Below are positions 19,440-29,344 of a stretch of 64,000 nt of DNA, piece after piece. The notes under the pieces are model-generated. The model searched no databases, was not told the origin of the DNA, and was given only the letters and a program-made list of their open reading frames with translations. Position numbers and translations under genes: made by a program. The DNA is from Candidatus Nanoarchaeia archaeon (GTDB lineage: Archaea > Nanobdellota > Nanobdellia > SCGC-AAA011-G17 > GW2011-AR17), in NCBI GenBank assembly GCA_041659245.1, contig JBAZYQ010000001.1:4912-68911 (forward strand), given 5' to 3'. How positions within the stretch are numbered: position 1 is the first letter of the stretch; the number at the start of each line of letters is the position of its first letter.

Positions 19440-20867
19440 ATGAATCTATGCTTTGTAAACTTAAATGATAATGGGGGAACGGTTTATCCCTTGGGTATTT
19501 TATCTTTAATGACTTATTTAAAACAATATTCTGAATTTCCTTTGGAAATGAGCCTTGCAGATGCGAATTTTGATATGGATCTAATGGATAAAATAATATG
19601 CTCAAAACCGGATGTGGTTGGCATAAGTGCTATGACTGTGGAATACGGTCAGGCGATAGAATTTGCTAAAGAATTGAAGAAAAGACTAAATATTCCAATA
19701 ATCTTAGGCGGTGTACATATATCTACATTGCCATTATCATTACATGCTTCTTTTGATATAGGTGTTATAGGCGAAGGAGAAGAAACCCTCCTGGAAATCC
19801 TTAAGCTATATGCTCAAAAGAAAACTTTTTTGCCAGATGATTTACGAGCAATAAAAGGGCTCATTTTTCATAATAATGGCGAAAAATGCATGACAGAACC
19901 AAGGGCATTTTTGGACCTTGATAAGATTCCGATAGGGGACAGGTCTTTGCTTAATCAAAAATATTTTAAACCAAGAATAATGCACACGGGCAAATTTAGT
20001 GTTTTTGATTCGATATTCACAACGCGAGGATGCCCTTATAATTGCAGATTTTGTTCTTCAAGTTCTTTCTGGAAAAAAGTAAGATACCATTCCCCCCAAC
20101 ACGTTGTAAATGAAATTAAATATTTATATGATATACATAAGATAAAATTCATAGCCATTATCGATGATCTTTTTATTGCTGATAGGAATAGAATCAAAGA
20201 AATAATCTCCCTTTTAAAACATGAAGACTTACTTGGAAAAATAACTTTTAGTTGCTATGCAAGAGTAAATTTAGTGGATGATGACTTATGCAGATTATTA
20301 AAAGAAATGAATGTAGTTCTGGTTGGATTTGGTTTTGAGAGTGGCAGTGATAGGATGCTAAAATGGCTGAAAAAAGATAATTCATTGTCAGCAGAAAAAA
20401 ATAGAAAAGCTGCAAAAATGTGCAAGGATTATGGGCTGATGGTAGAGGGATATTTATTATTCGGTTCTCCGGGAGAAACTATTGATGACATGAATCAAAC
20501 CGTGGATTTAATAGATTATTTCATTAAGATAAAATTGGACAATCTGGGGCTTTTTGTGCTTACTCCTTTTCCGGCGACAGAAATATGGGAAATTGCAAAA
20601 CAAAGGGGCAAGGTTAATGATTGTAAAATGGACTGGGCCTTACTTTCTCTTACCCGAGATGAACCACTCCTATTGGATGACAGCATAAGCAAGGAACAAT
20701 TTATGCAAGTTTTTTTAAAAGCGAGAAAAAAATTAAGATATTTTATATGGAAAAAAATTATGAGAGACTTGAAAAATGGCAATATGCTGCTTATGATAAA
20801 AACTGCAATCAAAAATCCAAAACGTTTGACTAACCTTTTGTTTAATGGACCTATCGACTCTGAATAG
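19440..20867 (+). CDS. Cobalamin-binding (class B) radical SAM enzyme, subfamily 2
   Basis: B12-binding-like N-terminus (PLGILSLMTYL…VVGISAMT…ILGGVH); TRGCPYNCRFCSSSS CxxxCxxC. Confidence 0.85.
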   Translation: MNLCFVNLNDNGGTVYPLGILSLMTYLKQYSEFPLEMSLADANFDMDLMDKIICSKPDVVGISAMTVEYGQAIEFAKELKKRLNIPIILGGVHISTLPLSLHASFDIGVIGEGEETLLEILKLYAQKKTFLPDDLRAIKGLIFHNNGEKCMTEPRAFLDLDKIPIGDRSLLNQKYFKPRIMHTGKFSVFDSIFTTRGCPYNCRFCSSSSFWKKVRYHSPQHVVNEIKYLYDIHKIKFIAIIDDLFIADRNRIKEIISLLKHEDLLGKITFSCYARVNLVDDDLCRLLKEMNVVLVGFGFESGSDRMLKWLKKDNSLSAEKNRKAAKMCKDYGLMVEGYLLFGSPGETIDDMNQTVDLIDYFIKIKLDNLGLFVLTPFPATEIWEIAKQRGKVNDCKMDWALLSLTRDEPLLLDDSISKEQFMQVFLKARKKLRYFIWKKIMRDLKNGNMLLMIKTAIKNPKRLTNLLFNGPIDSE

Positions 20868-20923
20868 GGCAAATCCGATCATCAGAGTGGGGCATCATAC
20901 ATAAATCTTTTTAAGCTAATATA

Positions 20924-22435
20924 GTGCCTAATTGTATGACAGAGCAGGCAATACTGAATAAAATATCCAAAGGCGCAACTCTACTTTTAATAGGGATGGT
21001 TATTTCCAAGGTATTTTCATACATTTATAGGGTTATTATTGCCCGTTATTTGGGAGCAGATGTATATGGATTATTCAGTATTGGATTAGCGGTTATAGGC
21101 ATCTTAGTTAGTCTCTCACTTGTCGGGCTCCCTCAGGGAATATTGAGGTATGTATCTTATTATAGCGGGAAACGCGATGAAAAATCCATTCATGCAATAA
21201 TAAATAATGCTTTTAAGATTATAATCCCCCTCTCGCTATTATTTACATTGTTGCTTTTTATTTTTGCCAAATGGATTTCTCTTTATTTTTTCCATGACCC
21301 TTCCCTGGTTAACATGCTGAAATTAATGTCTTTTGCAATACCTCTTACTGTAATCGCAATAGGCATAGAATACTCATTCCAGGCATTTCAAAAAATAAAC
21401 TATATAGTTATAGCTAAAACTATTGTGGGACCTGTCTCAAAAGTAACAATTTCACTCATAGTACTAATTATGGGCTACAAGCTTATGGGCATAGCTTTTG
21501 CTTATATCTTCTCGCTATTTATTTCCGCTTTATTGATGGCATATTTTCTTAAAAAGATAGTTTCTTTTAGGAAAATAGCCTTAGCGCCGCCTATTTTTTA
21601 CAAGCAATTATTATATTTTTCACTTCCATTAATGTTTTCGGAATTATTTATTTCGCTTTTGACTTGGAGCGATACATTAATTTTAGGGTATTTTGTTCCT
21701 GCTGTACAAGTAGGTATATATAATGCTGCAGTACCTACTGCATATCTTATTTTTACAATACCCGTTGCATTAATAACTTTATTTATGCCAACAATAAGCG
21801 GTATGTATGCAAGGAAAGAGGATTTTAGCAATCTCTATGATACTATAAATAAATGGATGTTTTTGGTTGGTGTGCCTTCTGTGTTGGTTTTAGGATTATA
21901 TTCCAAACAGATACTTTCAATATTATTTGGTAAAATATTCGTTGAAGGCTATTTTGTATTAATTCTGATTGCAATAAGCTTCTTTATATATTCTCTCATG
22001 CTTACATCAGAATCAATACTTATTATAATGAAAAAGACAAAATTAATATTGTTCAATAGTTTTTTAACAGTTTTGCTAAATATTATTATGAACCTGTTGC
22101 TTATACCCAAATATGGGCTTATGGGGGCGGCAATTGCAACTGCTTCTGCATTTTTATTGACGAGTATTCTTGTTGCGATAGAAACATATTATCTCACAAA
22201 ATTGTTCCCGTTAAAATTAGGCTATATCAAGTGTATAATCTCTGCTGCTATACCTTTTACTCTTATAGTTTATCTTAATACTTACATAAATACCCATGTG
22301 CTATTTGGGCTCATCTTTTTGGCTTTAATATATCTTGTGTTGTATATAATACTATTAAGGCTTACACATGCTTTAGGCGCAGAGGAAATAAGTCTTATCA
22401 AAAGTGCATGGCAAAAGGTCAAGACTAAATTTTAA
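20924..22435 (+). CDS. Polysaccharide biosynthesis protein / oligosaccharide flippase (Wzx, MOP superfamily-like)
   Basis: ~12-14 TM, 503 aa; layout and N-terminal KGATLLLIGMVISKVFSYIYRVIIARYLG typical of Wzx-like flippases. Confidence 0.7.
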   Translation: MPNCMTEQAILNKISKGATLLLIGMVISKVFSYIYRVIIARYLGADVYGLFSIGLAVIGILVSLSLVGLPQGILRYVSYYSGKRDEKSIHAIINNAFKIIIPLSLLFTLLLFIFAKWISLYFFHDPSLVNMLKLMSFAIPLTVIAIGIEYSFQAFQKINYIVIAKTIVGPVSKVTISLIVLIMGYKLMGIAFAYIFSLFISALLMAYFLKKIVSFRKIALAPPIFYKQLLYFSLPLMFSELFISLLTWSDTLILGYFVPAVQVGIYNAAVPTAYLIFTIPVALITLFMPTISGMYARKEDFSNLYDTINKWMFLVGVPSVLVLGLYSKQILSILFGKIFVEGYFVLILIAISFFIYSLMLTSESILIIMKKTKLILFNSFLTVLLNIIMNLLLIPKYGLMGAAIATASAFLLTSILVAIETYYLTKLFPLKLGYIKCIISAAIPFTLIVYLNTYINTHVLFGLIFLALIYLVLYIILLRLTHALGAEEISLIKSAWQKVKTKF

Positions 22436-22487
22436 TGATTTAGGACAATATAGATATATTTTTAAATGCTTAGTCTTATTTAATTCT

Positions 22488-24011
22488 ATGCCAAATATAA
22501 AAAAACACATAGTACTATACAATCCTCAGCAGGAAGAAGGCAAAACAAAGATTGACATATCACTTGCGCTGTTAAGCATTGCTGCTATCCCTTATGAAGA
22601 AGGTTATAAGATACATTACGTTAACAATTCAGATTCAAATGCGCTGGAAAAAGCAATTGATTATTCTAGGGGTTCCCTTTGTGTTGCTTTTAGTGTCATG
22701 ACGGGGTATCAGATTAAGGATGCATTAAAAGTAAGCAGGGCTATTAAGAATAAGTATCCTGAAGTCAAGATTGTCTGGGGCGGGTGGCATCCTTCAATAT
22801 TGCCTGAACAGACGATACAGAATGAACTCATAGATCTAATTGCAGTGGGGCAGGGCCAGCGAACATTTGCTGAGCTTGTTAGGGCGCTGGATAAGAATCA
22901 GCCTCTTGAAAAAGTAAAGGGAATCCTGTATAAGCAGGATGGTAAAATAAAGAAGACAGAGCCAAGAACATTTGAAGACATAAATAATTTTCCACCTCTT
23001 CCCTATGGCCTAATAGACGGAAAAGGATTCATAAGGAATGTTGATGAGGTAGCAACAAGAATTATTGACTATTTTACCAGTCAGGGTTGTCCTCATAGAT
23101 GCAGATTTTGCGCAGACCCTTTAGTTTACAAGCATCGCACAACAATGCTGAAACCGGAACGAATTATAACTGACATTGAACATTTGATAAATGATTATGG
23201 AATAAACGGCGTAATCTGTACTGATACTAACTTCTTTATTGATGAGAAGAGGGTAAGAGAGATATGTAAATCATTGATTGAAAATGGGATAAAGATTTCA
23301 TGGGGAAGCATGAATGGCAGGACAGAACATTTATTAAGGCTTTCAGATGATACATGGAAATTGCTGAAGGAATGTAATTTTTCCAGTTTTCTTGTTGGAG
23401 CCGAGTCAGGAAGCGATGAAAGTCTGAGATTCATACAAAAAGATGCGACAGTAAAAGATACCTTGGAACTTGCAAAAAAATGCAAGCAGTACGGGTTTAA
23501 AGCCTATTATTCTTTCATGCTTGGACTGCCTCCAAATCCGGATTTAATGGAGCCTTATTCTCTGCAGATTAAAAAAGACTGGAAGGCTCTTATTAAAATA
23601 ACAAAAGATATACTTTCAATAAGTAAAGACAATATGTTTTATTTTCTTATCTATACACCTTATCCTGGGACCCCCTTTTACGAGCTATGCAAGAAAAATG
23701 GGCTTAAAGAGCCAGGTAGCCTTGAACAATGGGGGGATTTTACTCTAGACAGGGTTAAGACTCCATGGATGCCAAGAGAATATGTATCTTTGCTCGAACA
23801 AATGAACATGCTCTTTATTCCATTCTTGACTGGAAGTATTTATGTTAAGCTAGGGAAATATGGGCTGCTTGGTAAGGCTGTGAAGATAGCCTTTCTTCCA
23901 CTGCACGGACTGGTAATGTTAAGATGGAAGTTTGAATTCTTTTCACTGCCAGTTGAATACAAACTTATGAAACTGGCAAGAAAAATAGCGCGAAAAATCA
24001 GTTCGATATGA
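22488..24011 (+). CDS. Cobalamin-binding (class B) radical SAM enzyme, subfamily 2
   Basis: MPNIKKHIVLYNPQ… B12-binding-like N-terminus; TSQGCPHRCRFCAD CxxxCxxC. Start moved to the ATG at 22488 (the track extends to 22404, overlapping the upstream gene). Confidence 0.85.
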   Translation: MPNIKKHIVLYNPQQEEGKTKIDISLALLSIAAIPYEEGYKIHYVNNSDSNALEKAIDYSRGSLCVAFSVMTGYQIKDALKVSRAIKNKYPEVKIVWGGWHPSILPEQTIQNELIDLIAVGQGQRTFAELVRALDKNQPLEKVKGILYKQDGKIKKTEPRTFEDINNFPPLPYGLIDGKGFIRNVDEVATRIIDYFTSQGCPHRCRFCADPLVYKHRTTMLKPERIITDIEHLINDYGINGVICTDTNFFIDEKRVREICKSLIENGIKISWGSMNGRTEHLLRLSDDTWKLLKECNFSSFLVGAESGSDESLRFIQKDATVKDTLELAKKCKQYGFKAYYSFMLGLPPNPDLMEPYSLQIKKDWKALIKITKDILSISKDNMFYFLIYTPYPGTPFYELCKKNGLKEPGSLEQWGDFTLDRVKTPWMPREYVSLLEQMNMLFIPFLTGSIYVKLGKYGLLGKAVKIAFLPLHGLVMLRWKFEFFSLPVEYKLMKLARKIARKISSI

Positions 24012-24108
24012 TATTGATACAAGATTAATTGCAATTCATTTTTTTGTAAAAGAAGAAGGAACCACAATAACACAAGGTTTATATAGGGCTATTTTCTAAA
24101 ATTAGTTA

Positions 24109-24789
24109 ATGCAGACTAAAAATATCCAATATTACAATAACAAATATTTTGAATGGCAGAAGACAGCGGGAAAGCTTGGGGGAATACTTGATTTATTCAA
24201 ATTTAAGGAATTCATAATGCCTACAGATAAAGTTATAGACTTTGGTTGTGGCGGCGGTTATTTGCTTGCAAATATCAATTGTGCGGAAAAGAAGGGCATA
24301 GAAATTAATGAAAACGCATGGCCATTTGCAAAGCAGAACAAAGTCGATGTGGTTAAAAGTGCGGAAGATATCCAGGATAATTGGGCTGATGTGATTATAT
24401 CTAATCATGCTTTGGAGCACACGCTAAATCCTTATGGGGAATTAAGAAAATTATATCCTAAATTGAAAAAAGGAGGCAGGATTGTGTTTGTTCTGCCGCA
24501 TGAAATTAGGAGCAAATATATTCCGGGCGATGTTAACCAGCATCTTTATACGTGGAGTCCTATGTGTGCGGGAAATCTATTTACCACGGCAGGCTATAAG
24601 GTTGAAAGGGTTGAAACAATAAAATATCAGTGGCCGCCTTATTATCAGCGTGAAATATTGACTTGCCTGGGCAAAGGGACATTTGATTTGCTGTCTAGGA
24701 TATATGCAAGAGTTTATCCTTTTTTAATAACGGCAAAAACTGTAAGAAATATATACCATTTACAAGTAAGGGTTATTGCAAGAAAATAA
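24109..24789 (+). CDS. Class I SAM-dependent methyltransferase
   Basis: VIDFGCGGGYLL motif I; 226 aa. Confidence 0.7.
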   Translation: MQTKNIQYYNNKYFEWQKTAGKLGGILDLFKFKEFIMPTDKVIDFGCGGGYLLANINCAEKKGIEINENAWPFAKQNKVDVVKSAEDIQDNWADVIISNHALEHTLNPYGELRKLYPKLKKGGRIVFVLPHEIRSKYIPGDVNQHLYTWSPMCAGNLFTTAGYKVERVETIKYQWPPYYQREILTCLGKGTFDLLSRIYARVYPFLITAKTVRNIYHLQVRVIARK

Positions 24790-24877
24790 TCCTGTTTTTA
24801 TTAAATTAAAGGGTTGCTTAAGCAATGCTTTATTATGTGCTCTTTTGATTCTAGTAAGCAGCTACTTTTGTTAAGGC

Positions 24878-25975
24878 CTATCTGTTTATTATTTTGCTGC
24901 AGATTCCTTCAATTTCTTTTTCTGTCAAATTAACAGACGAAGGCAGGTAAAGCCCTTTTATTGATAATTCTATTGAAACCGGATAATCTTTAGAATTATA
25001 CTTATCTTTTGGCAGATAGGGCTGTTTATGCAAAGGCCAGAAAAAGAATCTGGTGTCTACGCCTTTTTCATATAATTCTTTTTTAAGCTCATCTCTTGTT
25101 ATGCCAAAATCATCTTCAATCAAGATGCCGTACATCCAATAGACATTTCTAACATCACTTAGTTCAGGCGGCGTTATTATGCCTTTTACTTTGCTTAAGT
25201 ATTTATTGTAAGTTTTTGCAATCTGTCTTTTTTTTGCTATTGTCTCTTCAATTCTTTCCAGCTGTGCCAATCCTATTGCTGCCTGAATATTGGTGAGCCT
25301 GAAATTATATCCTATTTCCGCATGTATATGCCTTCTTTCCTTGTCAAAAGCAAGGTTGTGCAGCCATCTTGCTCTCTCTGCCAGCGCCTTGTCATTTGTG
25401 ACAATCATTCCGCCTTCACCTGTTGTTATTATCTTATTGGCATAAAAGCTAAAACAGCCAATATTTCCGAAACTTCCCACTTTTTTCCCTTTATATTCTG
25501 CACCGTGAGCTTCTGCGCAGTCTTCTATTACCTTCAGATTATGCTTTTTAGCAATTCCCATTATGCTGTCCATCTCGCAGGGGTGTCCGTATATGTGAAC
25601 GACCATTATTGCTTTTGTTCTGTTTGTTATTTTTCCTTCAATTCTTTTTGGGTCAATGTTCCATGTTTCTCTACACGAGTCTATAAATACCGGCTCTGCT
25701 CCTACATACTGAATTGCAAAGAGGCAGGAAGCCATTGTGAAATCAGAGACAATAACTTCATCTCCTTTTTTTATATTAAGCGCAAGAAGAGCCAGATGCA
25801 ATGCTGTTGTGCCATTTGTGGTGGCAACGCCGTATTTTACCCCGCAATATTCAGCAAATGATTCTTCAAATCGTGCATTATATTTGCCGTTATAAGAAAT
25901 CCATTTATCTTTTAAGCAATCTTTTACATATTCTGCTTCTTTTTCGCCTATTTCCGGCTCAAACACGGGAATCAT
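24878..25975 (-). CDS. DegT/DnrJ/EryC1/StrS-family PLP-dependent sugar aminotransferase
   Basis: MIPVFEPEIGEKE…TNGTTALHLAL N-terminus. Lys-containing block KIITTGEGG. Confidence 0.85.
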   Translation of the reverse strand: MIPVFEPEIGEKEAEYVKDCLKDKWISYNGKYNARFEESFAEYCGVKYGVATTNGTTALHLALLALNIKKGDEVIVSDFTMASCLFAIQYVGAEPVFIDSCRETWNIDPKRIEGKITNRTKAIMVVHIYGHPCEMDSIMGIAKKHNLKVIEDCAEAHGAEYKGKKVGSFGNIGCFSFYANKIITTGEGGMIVTNDKALAERARWLHNLAFDKERRHIHAEIGYNFRLTNIQAAIGLAQLERIEETIAKKRQIAKTYNKYLSKVKGIITPPELSDVRNVYWMYGILIEDDFGITRDELKKELYEKGVDTRFFFWPLHKQPYLPKDKYNSKDYPVSIELSIKGLYLPSSVNLTEKEIEGICSKIINR

Positions 25976-26367
25976 TTTGTTATGTCTACTCTGATTACAT
26001 CTTTTTCATACCCATTGTCTGTCCTTGAGAAGTCATGGAAATCTAGAAACTCAAAATCTTCCAAGGCAATTATCGTATGAATCACTTTTGGCGGTATGCT
26101 AATGAAATCCCCTTCTTTTATTATGTTCTTTTCTGTTTTTGCATTGGGATCTTCCGAATCCTTGCTTAGGAATTCAGCTTTTCCTTTTAATACATAATTG
26201 AACTGTTTCGCCTTGTTGTGGTAATGGTTTCCCCTTACAGCTCCTTTTTTTGAGGTTATCAGCCCAATATGCAATATATTTTCATCATCCAGAATATCAT
26301 GGATAGCTCCGCGCTGGTCTTCAAATGCCGGTTTTATATGCTTTATGCTTATTTTTTTGTTTTCCAT
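25972..26367 (-). CDS. Cupin-fold sugar 3,4-ketoisomerase-like protein (FdtA/WxcM C-terminal domain-like)
   Basis: 131-aa cupin with RGNHYH…VIHTI His-rich metal/active-site motifs. Stop overlaps the aminotransferase start by 4 bp. Confidence 0.55.
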   Translation of the reverse strand: MENKKISIKHIKPAFEDQRGAIHDILDDENILHIGLITSKKGAVRGNHYHNKAKQFNYVLKGKAEFLSKDSEDPNAKTEKNIIKEGDFISIPPKVIHTIIALEDFEFLDFHDFSRTDNGYEKDVIRVDITK

Positions 26368-26371
26368 AGTT

Positions 26372-27607
26372 TCACTCCAGTATTTTTGGTTTTGGTATTG
26401 GTATTATGAACTTGCAGCCGTTTTTTCTGTGAGCTTCAAGGTTCTTTATTATTTCTTCAGCAAAGTTCCAAGGCAGGATTATTCCATAATCCGGCTTGTC
26501 TTCAAGTATTTTTTGGTCAGGATATATCGCAAGATGCAATCCTGGGCTGAATCTTCCAATTTTTAATGTTGATTTTTCTGTCAGATACTCAATAATTCCG
26601 TTGTTAAGCGCACAATAATTAAGCATGGTATTGCCTTTTGCAGGCGCCCCTATTCCCACTATTTTTTTACCCTGTTTCTTAAGCTCGATCAGTATAGATA
26701 CCAGCTCTAATCTTTGTTTCCTGACTTCTTCTGCAACTTTATTCAGCTTTTCAAGTGAGTACACTTTTGCTTCCTCTTCCAGATTGACCAGCTCATTAAC
26801 AATATGGGCTATTTCTCGCTTTCCTTTTCTTCCAATGAAAACTCTGATTGAACCCCCGTGTATTCCTGAGCGGTAAACATCAAAAATTTCCATTCCAAAT
26901 TTATTGAAAAAAGGGATGAGCGGCTTTATCGAGAGATATGACAAATGTTGGTGATATATTGTGTCGTACTCATTGTTTTCAACCAGATTAATAAGATAAG
27001 GAGATTCAAAAATAAATACGCCATCATCTGTAAGGAGCAAATCAATTGCTTTCATAATATCATCAAGGTCATCTATATGCGCAAAGACATTTGTTCCGGT
27101 TATTGCATGGGCTTTGCCTCTTTCTGTTAATATTTTTGCTGCTAATTTTTCAGTAAACAGGCTGCAAATTGTTTCTATGCCTCTGTCATTTGCAATTTTT
27201 GCAACAATAGGTGCAGGATCAACCCCCAGTACTTTCATTCCATTGCTTTTGAATCCTTCCAGCAATACGCCCACATTGCTTCCAATATCCACCAGAAATG
27301 AGCCTCTTTTAAGGCCTATTTTTTGGCAGATGGAATTTGCCATTTCAGAATAATGCACCTTGCCTGTTTCAGTTATAGAAGATTCATACATATATTCGCC
27401 CTGATAAAGAACCTTGGGCGGGACAACATAATCTAGCTGATGAAACCCGCAATTAAGGCAGATTTGCACCCTTAACGGATAAAATGCCTCTTCCTCATTT
27501 AATTCTTCTTTTCTCAGAAAATGATCAGAATGCGGGTGAAAACCCAAATCCAGATAGGTTTTAAGTTTCTTTCCCTTGCATAAACGACATTCTGTTTTTA
27601 GTGGCAT
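26372..27607 (-). CDS. NDP-hexose C-methyltransferase-like (TylC3 family: Zn-ribbon + class I MTase + C-MT C-terminal domain)
   Basis: N-terminal CRLCKG…CLNCGFHQL zinc ribbon, central LVDIGSNVGVLL motif I, ~130-aa C-terminal extension; 411 aa. Confidence 0.65.
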   Translation of the reverse strand: MPLKTECRLCKGKKLKTYLDLGFHPHSDHFLRKEELNEEEAFYPLRVQICLNCGFHQLDYVVPPKVLYQGEYMYESSITETGKVHYSEMANSICQKIGLKRGSFLVDIGSNVGVLLEGFKSNGMKVLGVDPAPIVAKIANDRGIETICSLFTEKLAAKILTERGKAHAITGTNVFAHIDDLDDIMKAIDLLLTDDGVFIFESPYLINLVENNEYDTIYHQHLSYLSIKPLIPFFNKFGMEIFDVYRSGIHGGSIRVFIGRKGKREIAHIVNELVNLEEEAKVYSLEKLNKVAEEVRKQRLELVSILIELKKQGKKIVGIGAPAKGNTMLNYCALNNGIIEYLTEKSTLKIGRFSPGLHLAIYPDQKILEDKPDYGIILPWNFAEEIIKNLEAHRKNGCKFIIPIPKPKILE

Positions 27608-27676
27608 TACGTCTAAACTGTTTTTTGTTTATTAATAAGCTTTATGGATATCGTGCCGCTATACAGTCCTATAAGC

Positions 27677-28462
27677 CTACAGCTTTGTTTTAGGCTTTTT
27701 AACAATGCATAGAATAGAAACGCCAAAAGGCAGATTAATCCTTTTTAAAACATTTGATTCAAGCAAAAAAATTGATTTGAAGAATTTATTAACAAATGGT
27801 GAAATATTGTCTATATCTGAAGAGACGGGCTTATTCTTATTTATCAAATTATCTATTTTTCTCATTACAAATACAAATGGAAATAAGAATGTATTGAAAT
27901 AAGAAGATTTTTTTATAATAAATCCGCAGTCACTCAATTTTCTGCATATCTCTTTCTTTGTATATCTTTCTCTTACATGGGCTGCAATATCGTGCCTACT
28001 ATGCATTGCAGGGCATGCTGCATCAGTCAAAATCAACAAGCCGTCCGGCTTTAATACCCTATATATTTCTCTTATTGCTTCGTTATCATCCTTAATCTGC
28101 TTATGATACAAAACATCAAGGCAGGTTACAATGTCAAAAAATTCGGATTTAAACGGCATTTTTATTACAGAACCCTTAAACAAATTCTTAAGCCCTCTCG
28201 CTTTGCAAAATTTAAGGGCCGCAGGCATTATGTCAAGTCCGTAAGTGTCATATCCTCTTGATTTTAAATCATAAAGCACCATGCCTGTGCCGCATCCGAC
28301 ATCAAGAAGCTTTAATCCTTTGCTGTTTTTGGGCAGGTTGTCATTTACTATTTTGCGCTTTACAATAAACCACCAATAGGCTTTTTCGAGTTTATACATT
28401 TTTTCATATTCCTGTAATTCCATTTTAGTTGCGCGCCTCGCTGGTTTTATTTTTAAAAACAA
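27677..28462 (-). CDS. Class I SAM-dependent methyltransferase
   Basis: LLDVGCGTGMVLYDL motif I, LILTD motif. Likely true start near 28423 (MELQEYEKMY). Confidence 0.75.
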   Translation of the reverse strand: MFLKIKPARRATKMELQEYEKMYKLEKAYWWFIVKRKIVNDNLPKNSKGLKLLDVGCGTGMVLYDLKSRGYDTYGLDIMPAALKFCKARGLKNLFKGSVIKMPFKSEFFDIVTCLDVLYHKQIKDDNEAIREIYRVLKPDGLLILTDAACPAMHSRHDIAAHVRERYTKKEICRKLSDCGFIIKKSSYFNTFLFPFVFVMRKIDNLINKNKPVSSDIDNISPFVNKFFKSIFLLESNVLKRINLPFGVSILCIVKKPKTKL

Positions 28463-28471
28463 TTAAATAGA

Positions 28472-29191
28472 TTATTTATTTGGTCTGAATCTTAATCTTA
28501 TGATTGTTGTCCCTAAATTCCATGCATGCCCTATAAGGGTTTTAAATGAGTCTGCTGTCTTGGTTTCACCGAGAACTCTGTCATAGGTAATGTAAGGGAT
28601 ATCTTTTATCTTGAATCCCATTTTATAAGCTTCATATAGGAACTGTATGCAATATTCTGCATAATTGCCTTTTAAGTTTATATGTTTGAATACGTCCTTT
28701 TTTACTGCAACAAATCCGGTTGTATAATCTGTAATCTTGGGTGTGAGCAGCAGCATTGCAAATTGATTTATTGCCCAGCTGTATGCAATTCTTGGTATTG
28801 TTCTTGTATCTTTTCCGCCTTTAATATATCTTGATGCAGCGGCAATATCATATCCTTCATTAATTATTACGTTCAAGAGTTTAGGTAATAAATGAGGCGG
28901 ATGAGATAAATCGCAATCCATCCAGACAACTATTTCGCCTTTGGCTTCGTGTATGCCCCTTTGAATTGCGGTTACAAGCCCCCTTTCCTTGGTTCTTTTA
29001 ATAACGCGCACATTTGGTTTGTCGAGCTTCTCAACCGTTCTTGCTGTACCGTCAGGGGAATTATCATCAACAACTATTATCTCAAAAGGTAGTTTTACGT
29101 AATGTTCTATTTCTTTTATAACCAGGGGTACATTTTCGGTTTCATTGTAAGTGGGCAAAATAACAGAAACTTTAATTTGTTTGGGATTCAT
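28472..29191 (-). CDS. GT2 polyprenol-phosphate sugar synthase (Dpm1/ArnC/GtrB-like)
   Basis: VSVILPTYNETENV…IVVDDNSPDGT…DCDLSH. Confidence 0.85.
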   Translation of the reverse strand: MNPKQIKVSVILPTYNETENVPLVIKEIEHYVKLPFEIIVVDDNSPDGTARTVEKLDKPNVRVIKRTKERGLVTAIQRGIHEAKGEIVVWMDCDLSHPPHLLPKLLNVIINEGYDIAAASRYIKGGKDTRTIPRIAYSWAINQFAMLLLTPKITDYTTGFVAVKKDVFKHINLKGNYAEYCIQFLYEAYKMGFKIKDIPYITYDRVLGETKTADSFKTLIGHAWNLGTTIIRLRFRPNK

Positions 29192-29344
29192 GACTAAATT
29201 AAGAAATAACTGGTTTAAATAATTTACTAAACCTTCATTTGTGTATACTCGAGAGGCATATACTATGAGAAATCTATACTTGCAGATTGTATCTCCTCAT
29301 ATAAATGAAATATTTGCCTTTCAATTTTTATATTGCTGAAAAGT

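Noticed and set aside
25322-25861. 179-aa plus-strand ORF (and similar antisense ORFs at 5850-6188, 17652-18163, 39010-39417, 43054-43575)
   Set aside because: Each is fully antisense to a well-supported CDS with clear family motifs and has Cys/Phe-rich low-complexity translation typical of an AT-rich reverse frame.
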